Positions 1 to 12,000 of a DNA stretch of 20,000 nt are shown here, piece after piece. Below the pieces are notes generated by a model. It saw nothing but the letters and a program-made list of their open reading frames with translations, had not been told where the DNA came from and did no database searches. The translations under genes and the position numbers were made by a program. How positions within the stretch are numbered: position 1 is the stretch's first letter; each line of letters starts with the position of its first letter. The stretch is taken from the IMG/VR virus record IMGVR_UViG_3300027863_000003; one strand, given 5' to 3'. This stretch comes from an uncultured virus (IMG/VR IMGVR_UViG_3300027863_000003). Its lineage: Duplodnaviria > Heunggongvirae > Uroviricota > Caudoviricetes.

Positions 1-2
1 CT

Positions 3-3000
3 GGCGCTGAACCGGCAGCGAATGCCCCAGCCACTCCCGAAAAACCGTTGCCGACAAATTTGGCCACGGGTGCCAAGCCAGAAGAGCAGAAAAGCCCACC
101 GGCATCGGTTATGGCACCTGAAACGCCAGCAACCAAACCGCCCGAACAAACCGCCGCGCCAAAAGCTGGGCCGCCGAAACCGCCGGAACCGTTGGCGCCA
201 GCAGCAGAAAAACCAGTCAAACCGCGTCCCCCGGCCCCGACTACTGGCGTGACGCCATTGCCAACACCAATAACAACCAGCGAACAAAAAAAGGAAAAGC
301 CGGAGAGCGAGAAACCCGCACCAGTTTTGCCAACAAACTTGGGAGCGGGCCAAAAATCTGAAGAGAAAAAAGTTGCCCCTGAAAAACAAGCGCCGACGGC
401 AGTTTCGGCACCAAAGCCGGTCAAGATAAGAGCCACGCTTTGGGCTGACGGCTCAGTCGAGACACAAGATGAAGAGGTCACGGGCTTTAAATTTGCAAGA
501 GATGAAAACAATAGGATATTCGTAAATAAGTATGGCATAGCTGAAATCACAAATGGTGAAGATTCTTACAGAATTTTTATTAAAAAATTGTCGCCAGAAG
601 CCAAGCGTGAATTAGGATGGGACGAGGCAAGCGTTGTTTATGAGCCACCAATATCGCCAGAAGTAGAAAAGCTTTTGGATGAATTAAGGGATATTCATGC
701 AAGTAAAGAATATGAACAGGCGTCGCAGAAAATACTGGCGCAGAAACGCTCGCATTTAACTAAAGATGAAGAGCGGGCATTCAACCGGTCACGTGAAATA
801 TGGAATGAAATTAGTAAATTGCCCCCAGAATTAGCAGCGGAACTGCCAGACGATGCTTTTAGAGAGTGGCAGGATTCAAGGCTCGATAACTTTTCAATTC
901 AAAGCGCGAAAGAATTACACAGGGCATTTCTTTTGCGAGGCGAGCCAATTGCCGCTGAAAATATAGAAAATAAATTGGCCGAGACTCTCGTTAATGTGCA
1001 TAGCAAGCATCCTGATGACCGTGCAGAAGCGAAAAGACATAATAAAGAAACCAAAGCCGTGATAGACGAATTATGGCGGGCACGGGAAGAATACAAGAAG
1101 AACAAAAAAGCGACTCCACCGGCACCAGCGCCAGCAGAGCCGGCAAAGCCGATTGAATTGAAGCCAACGCCGCCAATTCCGACAGGGGCCAAGGTTGAAG
1201 TTGTTGGCAAAGGCGATGACAAATATCCTGGTGTTTATTCAATTTTGCCGCTTTCAGAATTGCAGGCATCGCATACGGAGACCTTCTCGCCAAATGAAAA
1301 GTATCCTTTGAGCAATACCCGCCAGTATCATTTGGAAAGCCAGAAAGCTGAGCGGGATAAAGTGAACAAGGGCGCCTACGAACCCATACCAGACCTGCTG
1401 GTTGAGCCTTCAGTTTCGGCTTCAGTCGGCCCGCCAGTTGTTGCTTGGGACAGAGGCACTGGTCAATGGGTTGTTCTGGGCGGGAATGGCCGGACTTTGA
1501 TGTATAAGATTATGCCCGAAGAAAAACGGGCGCAAGTCCATGAATATGCGAAACAAAGCGCCAAGAAACTTGGGTTGCCGGAACCGAAAACTCCCGACGA
1601 CGTCATCGTCCGAGTAATTGACCCAATTGATACATCAACACGAGAAGGGCGCGAGGCGGCCAATCGAATAGTTGACAGCCTTAACCGCTCTGACATGTTG
1701 AGCCGCAGCCCGTTCAACATGGGGAAAGATGATGCGCGCAATATTCCCGATGATGATGCTCTTCAACTTTTGGATGAGCTAACTGAAGCCGCGCCTAATC
1801 AGACAATCAATATTTACAGGAGGTTTGTCGAACGAATGATAGGCTCTGGGAAGATTGAACAAGCTTCGCGCGCCTCAATTCTCGACAATGATGTTGATGT
1901 AAGAACTTATGTTGAAAGCTTTCTAGCCGAGAAAGCATTTCCGAACTCAACAATCCCGCGGCTCATGGCGGACAGCAACACGCCGGCCACAATTAGGGGG
2001 TTGATGAAGGTTGCAATGCCAACCGTATTGCGGTTGCGCTCACAAAAGACTGCATTTGGCGAAAAACTCGCCAATGTTATAACAGGCGCTTTGGATAAAG
2101 TCAGCCTTGCTTCTGATGATATTTCAAAGATTTCAAGCGCCCTTGAAATGGCATCCGGCCAATCTGAATTGGGCGAATCAGAGGCGAGTAAGGCGGGGCG
2201 CGCCCTCATTTATCTGCTCCAGAAATATGCCAATGTAAAAACCGATAAGAAAACAAAGAGCCAGGCCGCCCTGTCGGTATGGGGCAAGATATTCAATTAC
2301 CTCGACCAAGCCTTGGCGAATCAAAAAAAACAAGGTGGGGGCGAAAATCTGTTTGGCACAGTGGAAGATGATGCCTTGGTGTTCAGGCGGACATTGCAGG
2401 GCATAATGACCGAAAAGGAATATAAGAGCTTCGGTTTGAAGCCTGTTTCTGAGGACTCGCAAACACCGCCTAGATTCGGCTATAACATCCCGGCACTGGA
2501 GCGTGCTATTAGTGAGACTACCGGCAAATTACCCACCAGTATAACCATGGGCGCGACGAAAGTCGAAAAGCCCACCAAACCTGCGGTAAAACCGAAAGGC
2601 AAAGCCAAGGTTGCGCCCGTGGAAGAAAAACCGCCTACCACTATCAGAGCCGGTGAAGAGGAAGTAAAACCCACAGAGCCGCCTGCCAAACCGCGAATAA
2701 CGTCTGGGCAGGAAGCTAAAAAAAAAGAAACGGTTCCAATAAAGCCTGAGGAAGAAAAGCCTGCGCCGGAACCGACACTGGACGAACTCAAGGCAGAGCG
2801 GGACGCCTTGGAAAGACGCCTGAAGAAATATGGTGAATTACCGCCCCGTGACCAAGCGCGGCTTGAAGAAGTCAAAATGGCCATTGAAAAAGCGGAATTG
2901 GGCCAGGAATACCTGCCGCAAACCAAACAGGCCATTATTCCTGACGAAGAGACACTCAAGAAACAGCAGCGTTCTTTTGTTGAGAAAAAGGCTAAAGAAG

Positions 3001-6000
3001 GCACATTAAAGCCCCAAGGTGAACAGGAAAACTTGGAGGAGGGGCGAAAGCAACCTGAATTATTGCCTACTGGGCAGGGGGATATTTTCAGTGGGCAACC
3101 ATACAGGCCGACTCCCAAGCCGGCAGAAAGTCGCCCCGCCGCGGAGATGCCCAAGCCGCAGGTAGCACAACCCCAGCCAGCGGTTGCAAAGCCGGCTGAA
3201 CAGCCGAAACCTGCCATTACGCAGGCGCCTGTGGAAACCAAGGGGCGTTCGTATCAGCAAGTGATAACGCCTGATTTCGGCAAAAACAACAAGACATTCA
3301 GGCGTTCTGCTTTTGATGGCGCTCGACGGGCAATGCCAAAACCGCCGTCAGCCCAACAAGACCCGAATGGCCTAAAATTGTACACGAATGCCTCGACTGT
3401 TGGCGGTTTCCTTTATGAAGCTGGCGTAAGGGACTTCAAAGAATGGGAACGCTTGATGCGCGAGATGTACGAAACGCCGGATAATCCGCGTACAAAAGAC
3501 ACTAATTATTGGCAGAAAATCTACAAGAACGCCCGCATGATGCTAGATGAAGAGGGTGGCGAATCTTTGGCCGCAATACCAGCAAAAGGGCCAGGTGATT
3601 TAATTATCGGGCCGGAAGGCGAGCAGAGAGGCGGGGCGGAAGGCGAAAAGAAAACAGTCGAAGTGCAGTTTGTACCGCATCCTTCCAATCCCAAGCTGCT
3701 CATAGCAAGACCTGAATACACAAAGCCGGCGCCTGACCATTTGGAGCGCCTTGCACGAGAACACCCTGAATTGGCCAATCTGCGCAATTCACTTGCGCCG
3801 CATCAGGTTGAAGCATTCAACACGATGTACAGCGCGATTACCCGCCCACACCCAAACAAGGCCGGACTATTGGCCGATGGCACGGGGGCTGGCAAGACGC
3901 GGGTTATGCTTGCGTTGGCTCATGCGATTGCGGTTTCCGAAAAAAGGCCGGTTATCATGGTTGTTCCGCAAGCCGTGCTGAAGGCCAATTGGGCCAAGGG
4001 AACGTCCAAGGGCGGGTCGTATTTCAAGGACGCCAAGCAAATGGGGATACCGCTCGTATTGGCACGTGAAGGCGCCATACGCCCAGGTGAAATTATAATT
4101 ACAACCTATGAGAACGTGGGCAAATGGGCGGATGCAATGTCGTGGTTCCCGGCCAGGTCAGAAAATGCTGCCTTTGTTATTTTTGATGAGTCACATTATC
4201 TGAAGACGCCGGATAGTCGCAGAACAATTGAAGCCAAGGCCATGATTAGAAGGGCAAACAAAGTGCTCTTTTCAAGCGCCACGCCGGCGGACAAGCCGGT
4301 TCATATTCATTACCTCGAAACGCTCGGTATTGGGCGATTCGATGACGTGATGAAAAAGCTTGGCTATGAAAAGGTGCAAAGACAAGGCCGGCGACAGGAT
4401 GGCACCCCATACGATTATTACACTTGGGAAATAGCCCCTCATGTTACGGCACAAGAAATTGCAAAACGTTACTCGGAATTGTTCGATAAACTGACCGCAG
4501 ACGGTGTCATGATTAAACGCGAGATTTCAATGGCTCCCTTGAATATTCGCGTGCTTGAGTTTGAAACGCCCGATGAAGCCAGAATGATAATTGATGATTT
4601 CGAGTTTTTCTATTGGGAGCATAAGACATCCAATACTGCGCTTGACAGGGCTAATCTGATGATGATTTGCCGGCGATATTTGGAGCCGTTCAAAATACCG
4701 TTCGCCACCAACATTGCCCTGAAAGAGCTGAATAACGGGCGCAAGGTGGTCATATATCTTTCACGAGTCAACCAGGCTAAAGCCGGAGCGTGGAGTGGTA
4801 AGGGTCTCGAAAAAACATATCACAAACATTCAGATATTGCTTCCACCCTTGATGAACTCAGGAATGCCTTGATTGAATCCGGTGTTGAGGAGGATAAGAT
4901 TGGCGAGCTAAGCGGCAGGATGACGGAAGAAGAAATCCATGATGCCGTCAAGAATTTCAATGAAGGCGATGTGCAGGTTTTGATTTCGACCGTTGAAACT
5001 GGCGGGGCGGGTATCAATCTGGACGATGCTACCGGCAACCATCCGCGCTCGGTTATCTTCATGACCGCGCCGTTCAGTGGAATTGAAAACGTGCAGGCGC
5101 TTGGGCGTGTCAACAGGCTTACAACCAAGAGCAATTCAAACATCTACTATCTGTTCACCAAACATCCGATTGATGAATGGAACTCGGACATCGTGATGCA
5201 CAAACTGCGGCTCATGGGCGCGACGGTTAAGGGCCAATTGGCGGGGCTGGATGAAATTCTGCGGGATAGGGAGCGCGCCAAAATGTTTGATGACTTAACG
5301 GAAGAGAATTTGGAAGCGGACATCAACACGGCCAAGTCGCCAGAGGAATTGCTGAAGGAATACTTGCAAAGGGGCAGAAAAAAGAGAGGCGCCATACAAG
5401 GCGGAGCTGCAAAGGGTGAGGGCGAAGCCGCAAAGGGCGAAGGGCAACCCGTTAAGACAGCGCCGTTCCCAAGTGTTCCGTGGCGTGAGGTGCGCACAAA
5501 AGATGGCGGCAAATTCTATGTTTATCCTTTGAAACCTGACGCGCCGGAAACAAAAGCGTTCTGGGATTGGTGGCATGAACAGGGTGGCAAGGAAAATAAA
5601 CTCGATATCAGGGTGCGAAAAATACCTGAGAAATACCGCAAGACCCAGGGCGCAGATTGGGAAGTTGTAGCAAATGCACCTTATGAAAAAGGCGCAGCCG
5701 CCAAAGAACCGTCAACCAATGTTGAAACCGGCACAACTGAATCACCGCCGAACCCTGATGAAAACCTCATCAATCCAATCAAAAATGGTGTTGATGATGT
5801 GTCGGATAAACTGGGCACAAGACCTGATATTGAAATTGATAATGAGGAAAAGCCTAAGAAACCGGGCGAAGAAGAGGGCGAAGAGGGCCTGAAGGGCGCG
5901 CCGCGGTTATCCATCTATTATGATACCGGAACTGGCCGTATTGTTTTGAGGCCGCGCGAATTGGCGAAGGAACTTGAGCTGTTTGGCAGCGACGAAAAAG

Positions 6001-9000
6001 CCAAGCAAAATTACATGGAAGCACTTGGCCGCCATGAAGCCATCCATCATGCCGCCCTTGAATTGCTTGACCCCATAGAAGCCGCCAGCATTGCGGTATG
6101 GTTGCGTGAACGGCATCCCAAGAAATACAAGAAATTCGTGGAATCGTACACTGGTGGGCGCGATGTTGAATTGAGTGATTTCCAAATTGGCCACGAAATT
6201 TACAGGGCGGAACTTGAGCGCATTTTGTATGGGCGCACCACGGAAAGTTACCGGCCTGAAAACTTGTCGCTGTTCAAGGTGGCAAGAGAATATGTTCATT
6301 CGATAATTGCCAGAGTGCTCAGGTATATCCGCAGCAAGCTGGGGATGGAAAACGAACTGGATACTTTACTTGCACGTGCCCTTGAACGCATAAATGCAGA
6401 AAAGATTGAAGCCAACAAGCAGCGGCTTGATGCGCAAATACGCGGCGAACCAATTGAAGAATTATCGGATTCTGAGGTTCAGAATCAACCCGGCAAAAAC
6501 CTCGCCGCGATGCCGGCTGCGCCCGAAGCCTCTCCGGCCGAGCAAAAGAAGGTGTTTGAAAAAATCAAAAACACCTATGATAACGTGGCAAAAGCCAGAA
6601 TTGATTTGTATAAGAACGCAGAGGGGGTTATCAGGACAAAGGCGTTGAATGATTATCAGGCGCACAGGGCATTTAGTTTGTTGCATGATGTTACCAAGGC
6701 ATTGAAGATTGAAGTTGCCGCACTGCCGGAAACCCAAATAGACCCCATTACCGGCGAGCCATACAAGAAATCATACTTATCCGACGACTTCATCCATCAT
6801 TATCAAGACATGCTGAATCGCGAGGTGGAAAAGGGCGTTCTCAAGCCGGATGAAGCACAGCCAAAATTACGCGCCTTGCGCAGGGCGCAGATATTGGCTG
6901 ACAAGGTCATTCGCGCAAAGGCGTGTACGAAGCTTTTGAATGAATATGAAGCCCGTCAGGCAACACTCAACAAGCTTGTCGAACTTGGCGTTTGGAAACA
7001 ATCCGACATGGCGTATCAAATGGAACTCAAACGCCTAGAGGATATTCACAATGAATTTGAAAAGATACGCGACGGCAGCAAATTTGGCGAGAACAGCCCG
7101 GAGGCAATCATGCAGGATGTTATGCGGTTGCGCGATTTTCAGAAAAACGAGATTGATTATCGCGCACGCCAGAAAGCCCTGCAGTTAAGCACGGTTCGCA
7201 ACGCGTTTGGCTTGGAAAATGTTGAAGGCGGCACATTCCAAGAGGTTTTGGATGCTGTTAAAAAACTGACCGGCATTCATGCGCAAAAGGCGCACAGCGA
7301 ATTACTGGACAAACTGATGGAGTTTGAGGCGCTTGCGCAGCGTGTTGATGCTGATTACGAGGCTGCCCGCAAAGAATTGGGGGCCGAGATTGAAAGATTG
7401 AGCAAGGAACTCAATGAAGCCGAACTGAACAGGGCCTGGGCGGTTGTGCATTTGACCGATTACCTGAATGCGATGAAGGGCAAAATGACGCTTGACGGCA
7501 CCTTCTTCACCAATGATGAACTTGAAGATGCAGCGTCACGGCTAACTGGCATTGGGATGTTTGTGCTTGACCTTGCGAAACGCAAGCCTGATTTGACCGC
7601 CAACGAATTGATGACGTGGTTGTTGAATAGCAATGCCAACCTGCCTGAAATTCCGCGACAAATTGCCAATCTTTTGGGCATTCGGTTCACAAATAACGAA
7701 GAAGGCCAGCGTGCGCTTGTCAACTTGCCGCAGATGCCCATCTCCGATGAAGCCGTGGCTGCGATGTTGCGATATGCCCAGCGGCTGCCGGGCTTTGCGT
7801 CGGCTTTGGCGCGTGTTTTTGAGAAAGCAAAGGCCGAATGGGACAACAATCCGGGTGTCCGACTCGCGCAGATTATTGCGCTCAACCGCCAAATAGAGAA
7901 TTTGGAAGGGAAAGCCAAGCTGAAGGCTGAAAAGGCGCTGCAAGAAATGCTGAATCGCTTCGTCCAAGACGAAACCGCTGTTATGTCTCGCAGTGAATTG
8001 GCTGCCAAAGGCCTGTTAGAAGCGTTGAAACAAAAGCAAATCCGGTTGAAAACATACGAGTATGCCAAAGCCTTGTTCGATGAAGTGCGTGGGGCTGAAG
8101 GTTACGCTGATTTTCAATTCCAAGTGATGAGCGGGCCGGCGGGCGGCGCAAAAGTCATGCTGCATAAATCGGACAGGGCAATAGTTTTGAGCGGCTTTAG
8201 TATTCCGCGGCCAGATGGCAAGCTTGAATCAGTGGCGCCGGTGCTTTTGAGCACTGACTTTAACTCACCATTCTATTTGCCCAACAAAATTGGCGCGATT
8301 ATGGATTGGCGCAATAAAGCCGAAGAATACGTCAATGGCTATTACCGCGCCATGAATGATTATAACTCAGGCGCAACTGATAAAACGCCGATACAAGCCG
8401 GATATAATCCGATGATAGTTGCCGGCTTGGAAGAAGAACTTAAACCAACATCTAACCTTGCCTCCCTGTATTCAGCAACATGGGCGATACCGGAACAGAC
8501 ATTGCGCAGCAACAAATTCCTTGCCAACCTGACAAGACTCGGCTTGTTCCGGCAACTGAATGAAGGCGCTCTTCAATTGCAGGGGCCGTTCGGGGCGCAG
8601 GTAGCATCTGATGTGGCAGATTTGACTGCAGTTGAAATGAAGTTGCGCACTTTATTTGACCAGAAATTGCACCCTGAATTTGCCGAGATACCCAAATTAC
8701 GCAAGGCCGCACTCGACTCGCATCGTGATGACCCGATGATAAGAACTCAGGATGATTACCGCCGTTTCATTTTCAATCCAATGGGCGAGCACCTGCGGCA
8801 ATTTGGCGTTAGTTTGGCCGCCGGCGATAGAATAGGCCCTGGTAACCTGCGAGTAACGGCAGCAGACCTTGAGCTTTTCAAACGATTGTACGACCTTGAC
8901 GTTCAAATAAGAGAGGTGCTTGCCGGCCATTCAATCCGCGGGCTTGTCCGCCGCGAAGCACAAATCATCACGCCGACTGGCGAAAAAGCAACCATTGAAT

Positions 9001-12000
9001 ATCGTAGCAGGGCAATTCCAGTAGGCGAGATGGGCACCAGCCGCATCATCAACAGGTCAGGGGAAGATTTTGTCCGGCAGTTGTCCGAAGTGTTGCGATT
9101 GGTTGATGAGATGGAGAAGAAGAATCCCGGTTCAACAGCCATTACTTATGGGGATTTGAGCAAATCCAATCATCATCCGCTAATTGACTTCTACAACTCA
9201 GAAGAGGCGCAGAACAAAATGTTGTACAGCCATATCTCGGCGGCTGGACGCACTGATTTGGCAAACAAACGCAGTCCGTTGATGACCAAGCTTGAAATGC
9301 GCCTTGCGGAAAAAATACGCTCCGGGAAACTTACACGCCCCCTATTCACTGTTGATGATTATGTTCGCGGCCTTCTTGATGCGGCTCAGGAACTGGAAAT
9401 TAAAGGATTAAGCTATGAGCAGGTGGCCCGTGAATTCCTTGGTGAACTGGCCAAATACAACAAGTACGCCCTTGATTTGGCTGCGGATATGCCCAAGGAA
9501 AAAACGTCCGAGGCATGGATTGCCGCCGCGTCCAAGCTGACTGAATTCACCACTGAAGCCAACCTGCTCAAATTACCCGGATGCTATTATGATTACTCTG
9601 TTTTGACTGATGCCGACATTGCTTCCAAGGTTGTGCGCGGCCTAGCAGAATGGAATGTTAAACTGGTTACATCACTGCGCCATGCCGCCGATGATTTGAG
9701 CAACCGGATAAGACTGGTTGAAGAGGGCGTTAAAAAGCCTGAAGAGATTTTGAGTGATTACAATGGCGATGTGTTTCTGGCCCGCGTTATTCGGGACACA
9801 ACACGGCAGCTTGCTGATGATGTTCTGGCCAAGCAAGTCCATCAATCTGACCTTGCCCAAAAGGCGTATGACATACACAGCTTGCTAGTTGGCAACTGGC
9901 TTACTTCGCCGGCGGCGGCTGGCAACAACGTGCTCTTCTCGACAGTGGCAGCCTTTGATTTGATGGCCAAGATTGGAAATTACAATCGTGTTGTCGGCGG
10001 GCTGATGACGGCAATCAATATTTTGAAGACCCTACCCAAGGCTGTCATTCAACTCGCCGGCGGGCTGGCATCTTATGTGCCTGGCTCAAAAGCCGCCGTG
10101 GATTGGCTGATTAAGAATCATCCTGAAATTTACCAGAGCATAATCAAGTGGGCGCATACACTTCGGTTGGATTCAATTTATGATGAACTCCAAGGCCTTC
10201 ATGAAACCGGTCTCGCCACTGATGAAAAATCGCTGAGGCAACAATGGCAGAAAATCATCAGCGAGGTTCAATATCCGGCGACCAAGGCTGAGCTATACCA
10301 AAAGGAAAGTGGCCCGCTTGGAAAGGCAGCCACCTACGCGGGTGCCGGCTTGCGTCTTACAGCGGCAGGCGTGAATCGAATTTCGGCTGTTCGATTCACA
10401 GACGCGCTCATCAACGCAAACAGCCTGTTCTTTGTGGATAAAATCCGCCGGCAACTCGAATACACCGCCCGCCAATACCTGAAGCGAATTGAACAAATGC
10501 AGGCTGAAGGGAAGTTGGGCGATAAATTTGACCCAACCAACAAAGAATGGGCGGTTAAGCCAGAAGAATTTTCACACAGATTGTTGAAGGGCGACCAGCT
10601 TGCCAACATTGCCTACATGCGTTCATGGTTGCGTTTGAATACGGGTGCGGAATTGGAGCAGCTTTTCCTCGACTACGGCAAGAGATTGAAGGCCGACCCT
10701 GACGCTCAACTTTGGGACAACGAAATGCAACAACGCCTAGTCAGAGGCATAGTGGCCCATATTAACAAGCCGATACCTGGGCGCAACAGGGCGATATTGA
10801 TTGGCAAGGACAGGTTCCTGACGTGGTTTGCGATGTTGCAAGGGTACACGGGCGACCTTCTGTTGAAATTAACGGATGGTTTCCGCTCTGCGCATGGGGC
10901 TGCGTCATATCAACGCATTCTCACGCCCACCTTGTATTTGATGGGGTTGGCCGCGATGGCGGCTTATGCTGGCGGCACCGCCTTAACATATCGTGATTGG
11001 TGGGCTTACTTGTTTGAAGGCCGGTTGCAACGCGCCGTGACGCCGTTGGACAAGGAATTCTGGGCAAATCCAGTGACGAATACGAGCCTAGCCGCCTTCT
11101 CGGCCATACCATATATCGGCACTGCGATGTTGCAGATACTCGGCGAAATACGTGGCCGCCGCGGTTTTGACCCGGCAGATTCCATTGTTGCCATATCGCA
11201 ATTGCACGACCTTCAGATGCTGTTCGGCAGCCTGTGGGCGTTGCGTGATAATCCGGCAAGTTGGCCGATACCATTGCGCCGGTGGGCGGAGCGTAACTTC
11301 CCGTATTTCCGCTCGATTGAATACATCACAGGCACTGGCCGCGCGGATTATACGAGCGGCGTCAACAGCTTTTATGCGGTTGCGAAGAATAAGGGGCTGA
11401 TAAAAGAGCGCGCCCAACGGCAAATGGGGTTCTTCATTCCGGGAGTGCCCTCGGCTCTTTCAGACCGCCTGCGCCGCGCCATAATGGACGGGGATACGAC
11501 AGAAATTAAAGAAATAAAGGGCGAGTTATACGATTACCATTACAAGACTGCGATTGAAAATGGCAAGACGCCTGATGAAGCCAAACGCCTTGCTGAAGTA
11601 CAAACCAAGCGCGATTACATTTCTCTTTCGCCGGTGTTGCAGGCAACCAACCGCCGCAAATTTGCGCAGTCAGAATATGAGGATGTTGTTAATTCGATGA
11701 ACGACAGGCAGCGGTTTGCCTTTGAAAGAGTGCAGAAGGCATGGAAAGCTGCCGCTCCGTTGTTCAATGTCAGTGAAGGTTCGGCGGCGTTAATCCCGTG
11801 GAAGACTGAGGCTGAAGAACAGGCGCCGGGCGTAACCGGCGCTCAAGTCAGGCTCCAGCCGGTGGCCGGCTCAGCGTCCGGCACCACTGGAAGAGGCCGC
11901 TCTGTAACGCCTGGCGGCTTGCCAACTTCACTCATGTGGGGTATGGGAGGCATGGGGGGCCAGCGGGTTTCAACAAGCCCGATAAATCTCCGCGCACCTG

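Noticed and set aside
48..50. TTG start of the giant ORF
   Set aside because: The frame is open upstream to the window edge, there is no RBS, and the codon falls inside a repeated LPTNL motif. The gene likely starts outside the window.
5406..5447. Short tandem duplication AAKGEGE/AAKGEGQ
   Set aside because: An ordinary low-complexity linker duplication with synonymous divergence.
9750..9775. SDYNGDVF as a possible RNA polymerase DxDGD motif (virion RNAP)
   Set aside because: The second Asp is Asn, and no flanking double-psi barrel or T7-type motifs are evident.
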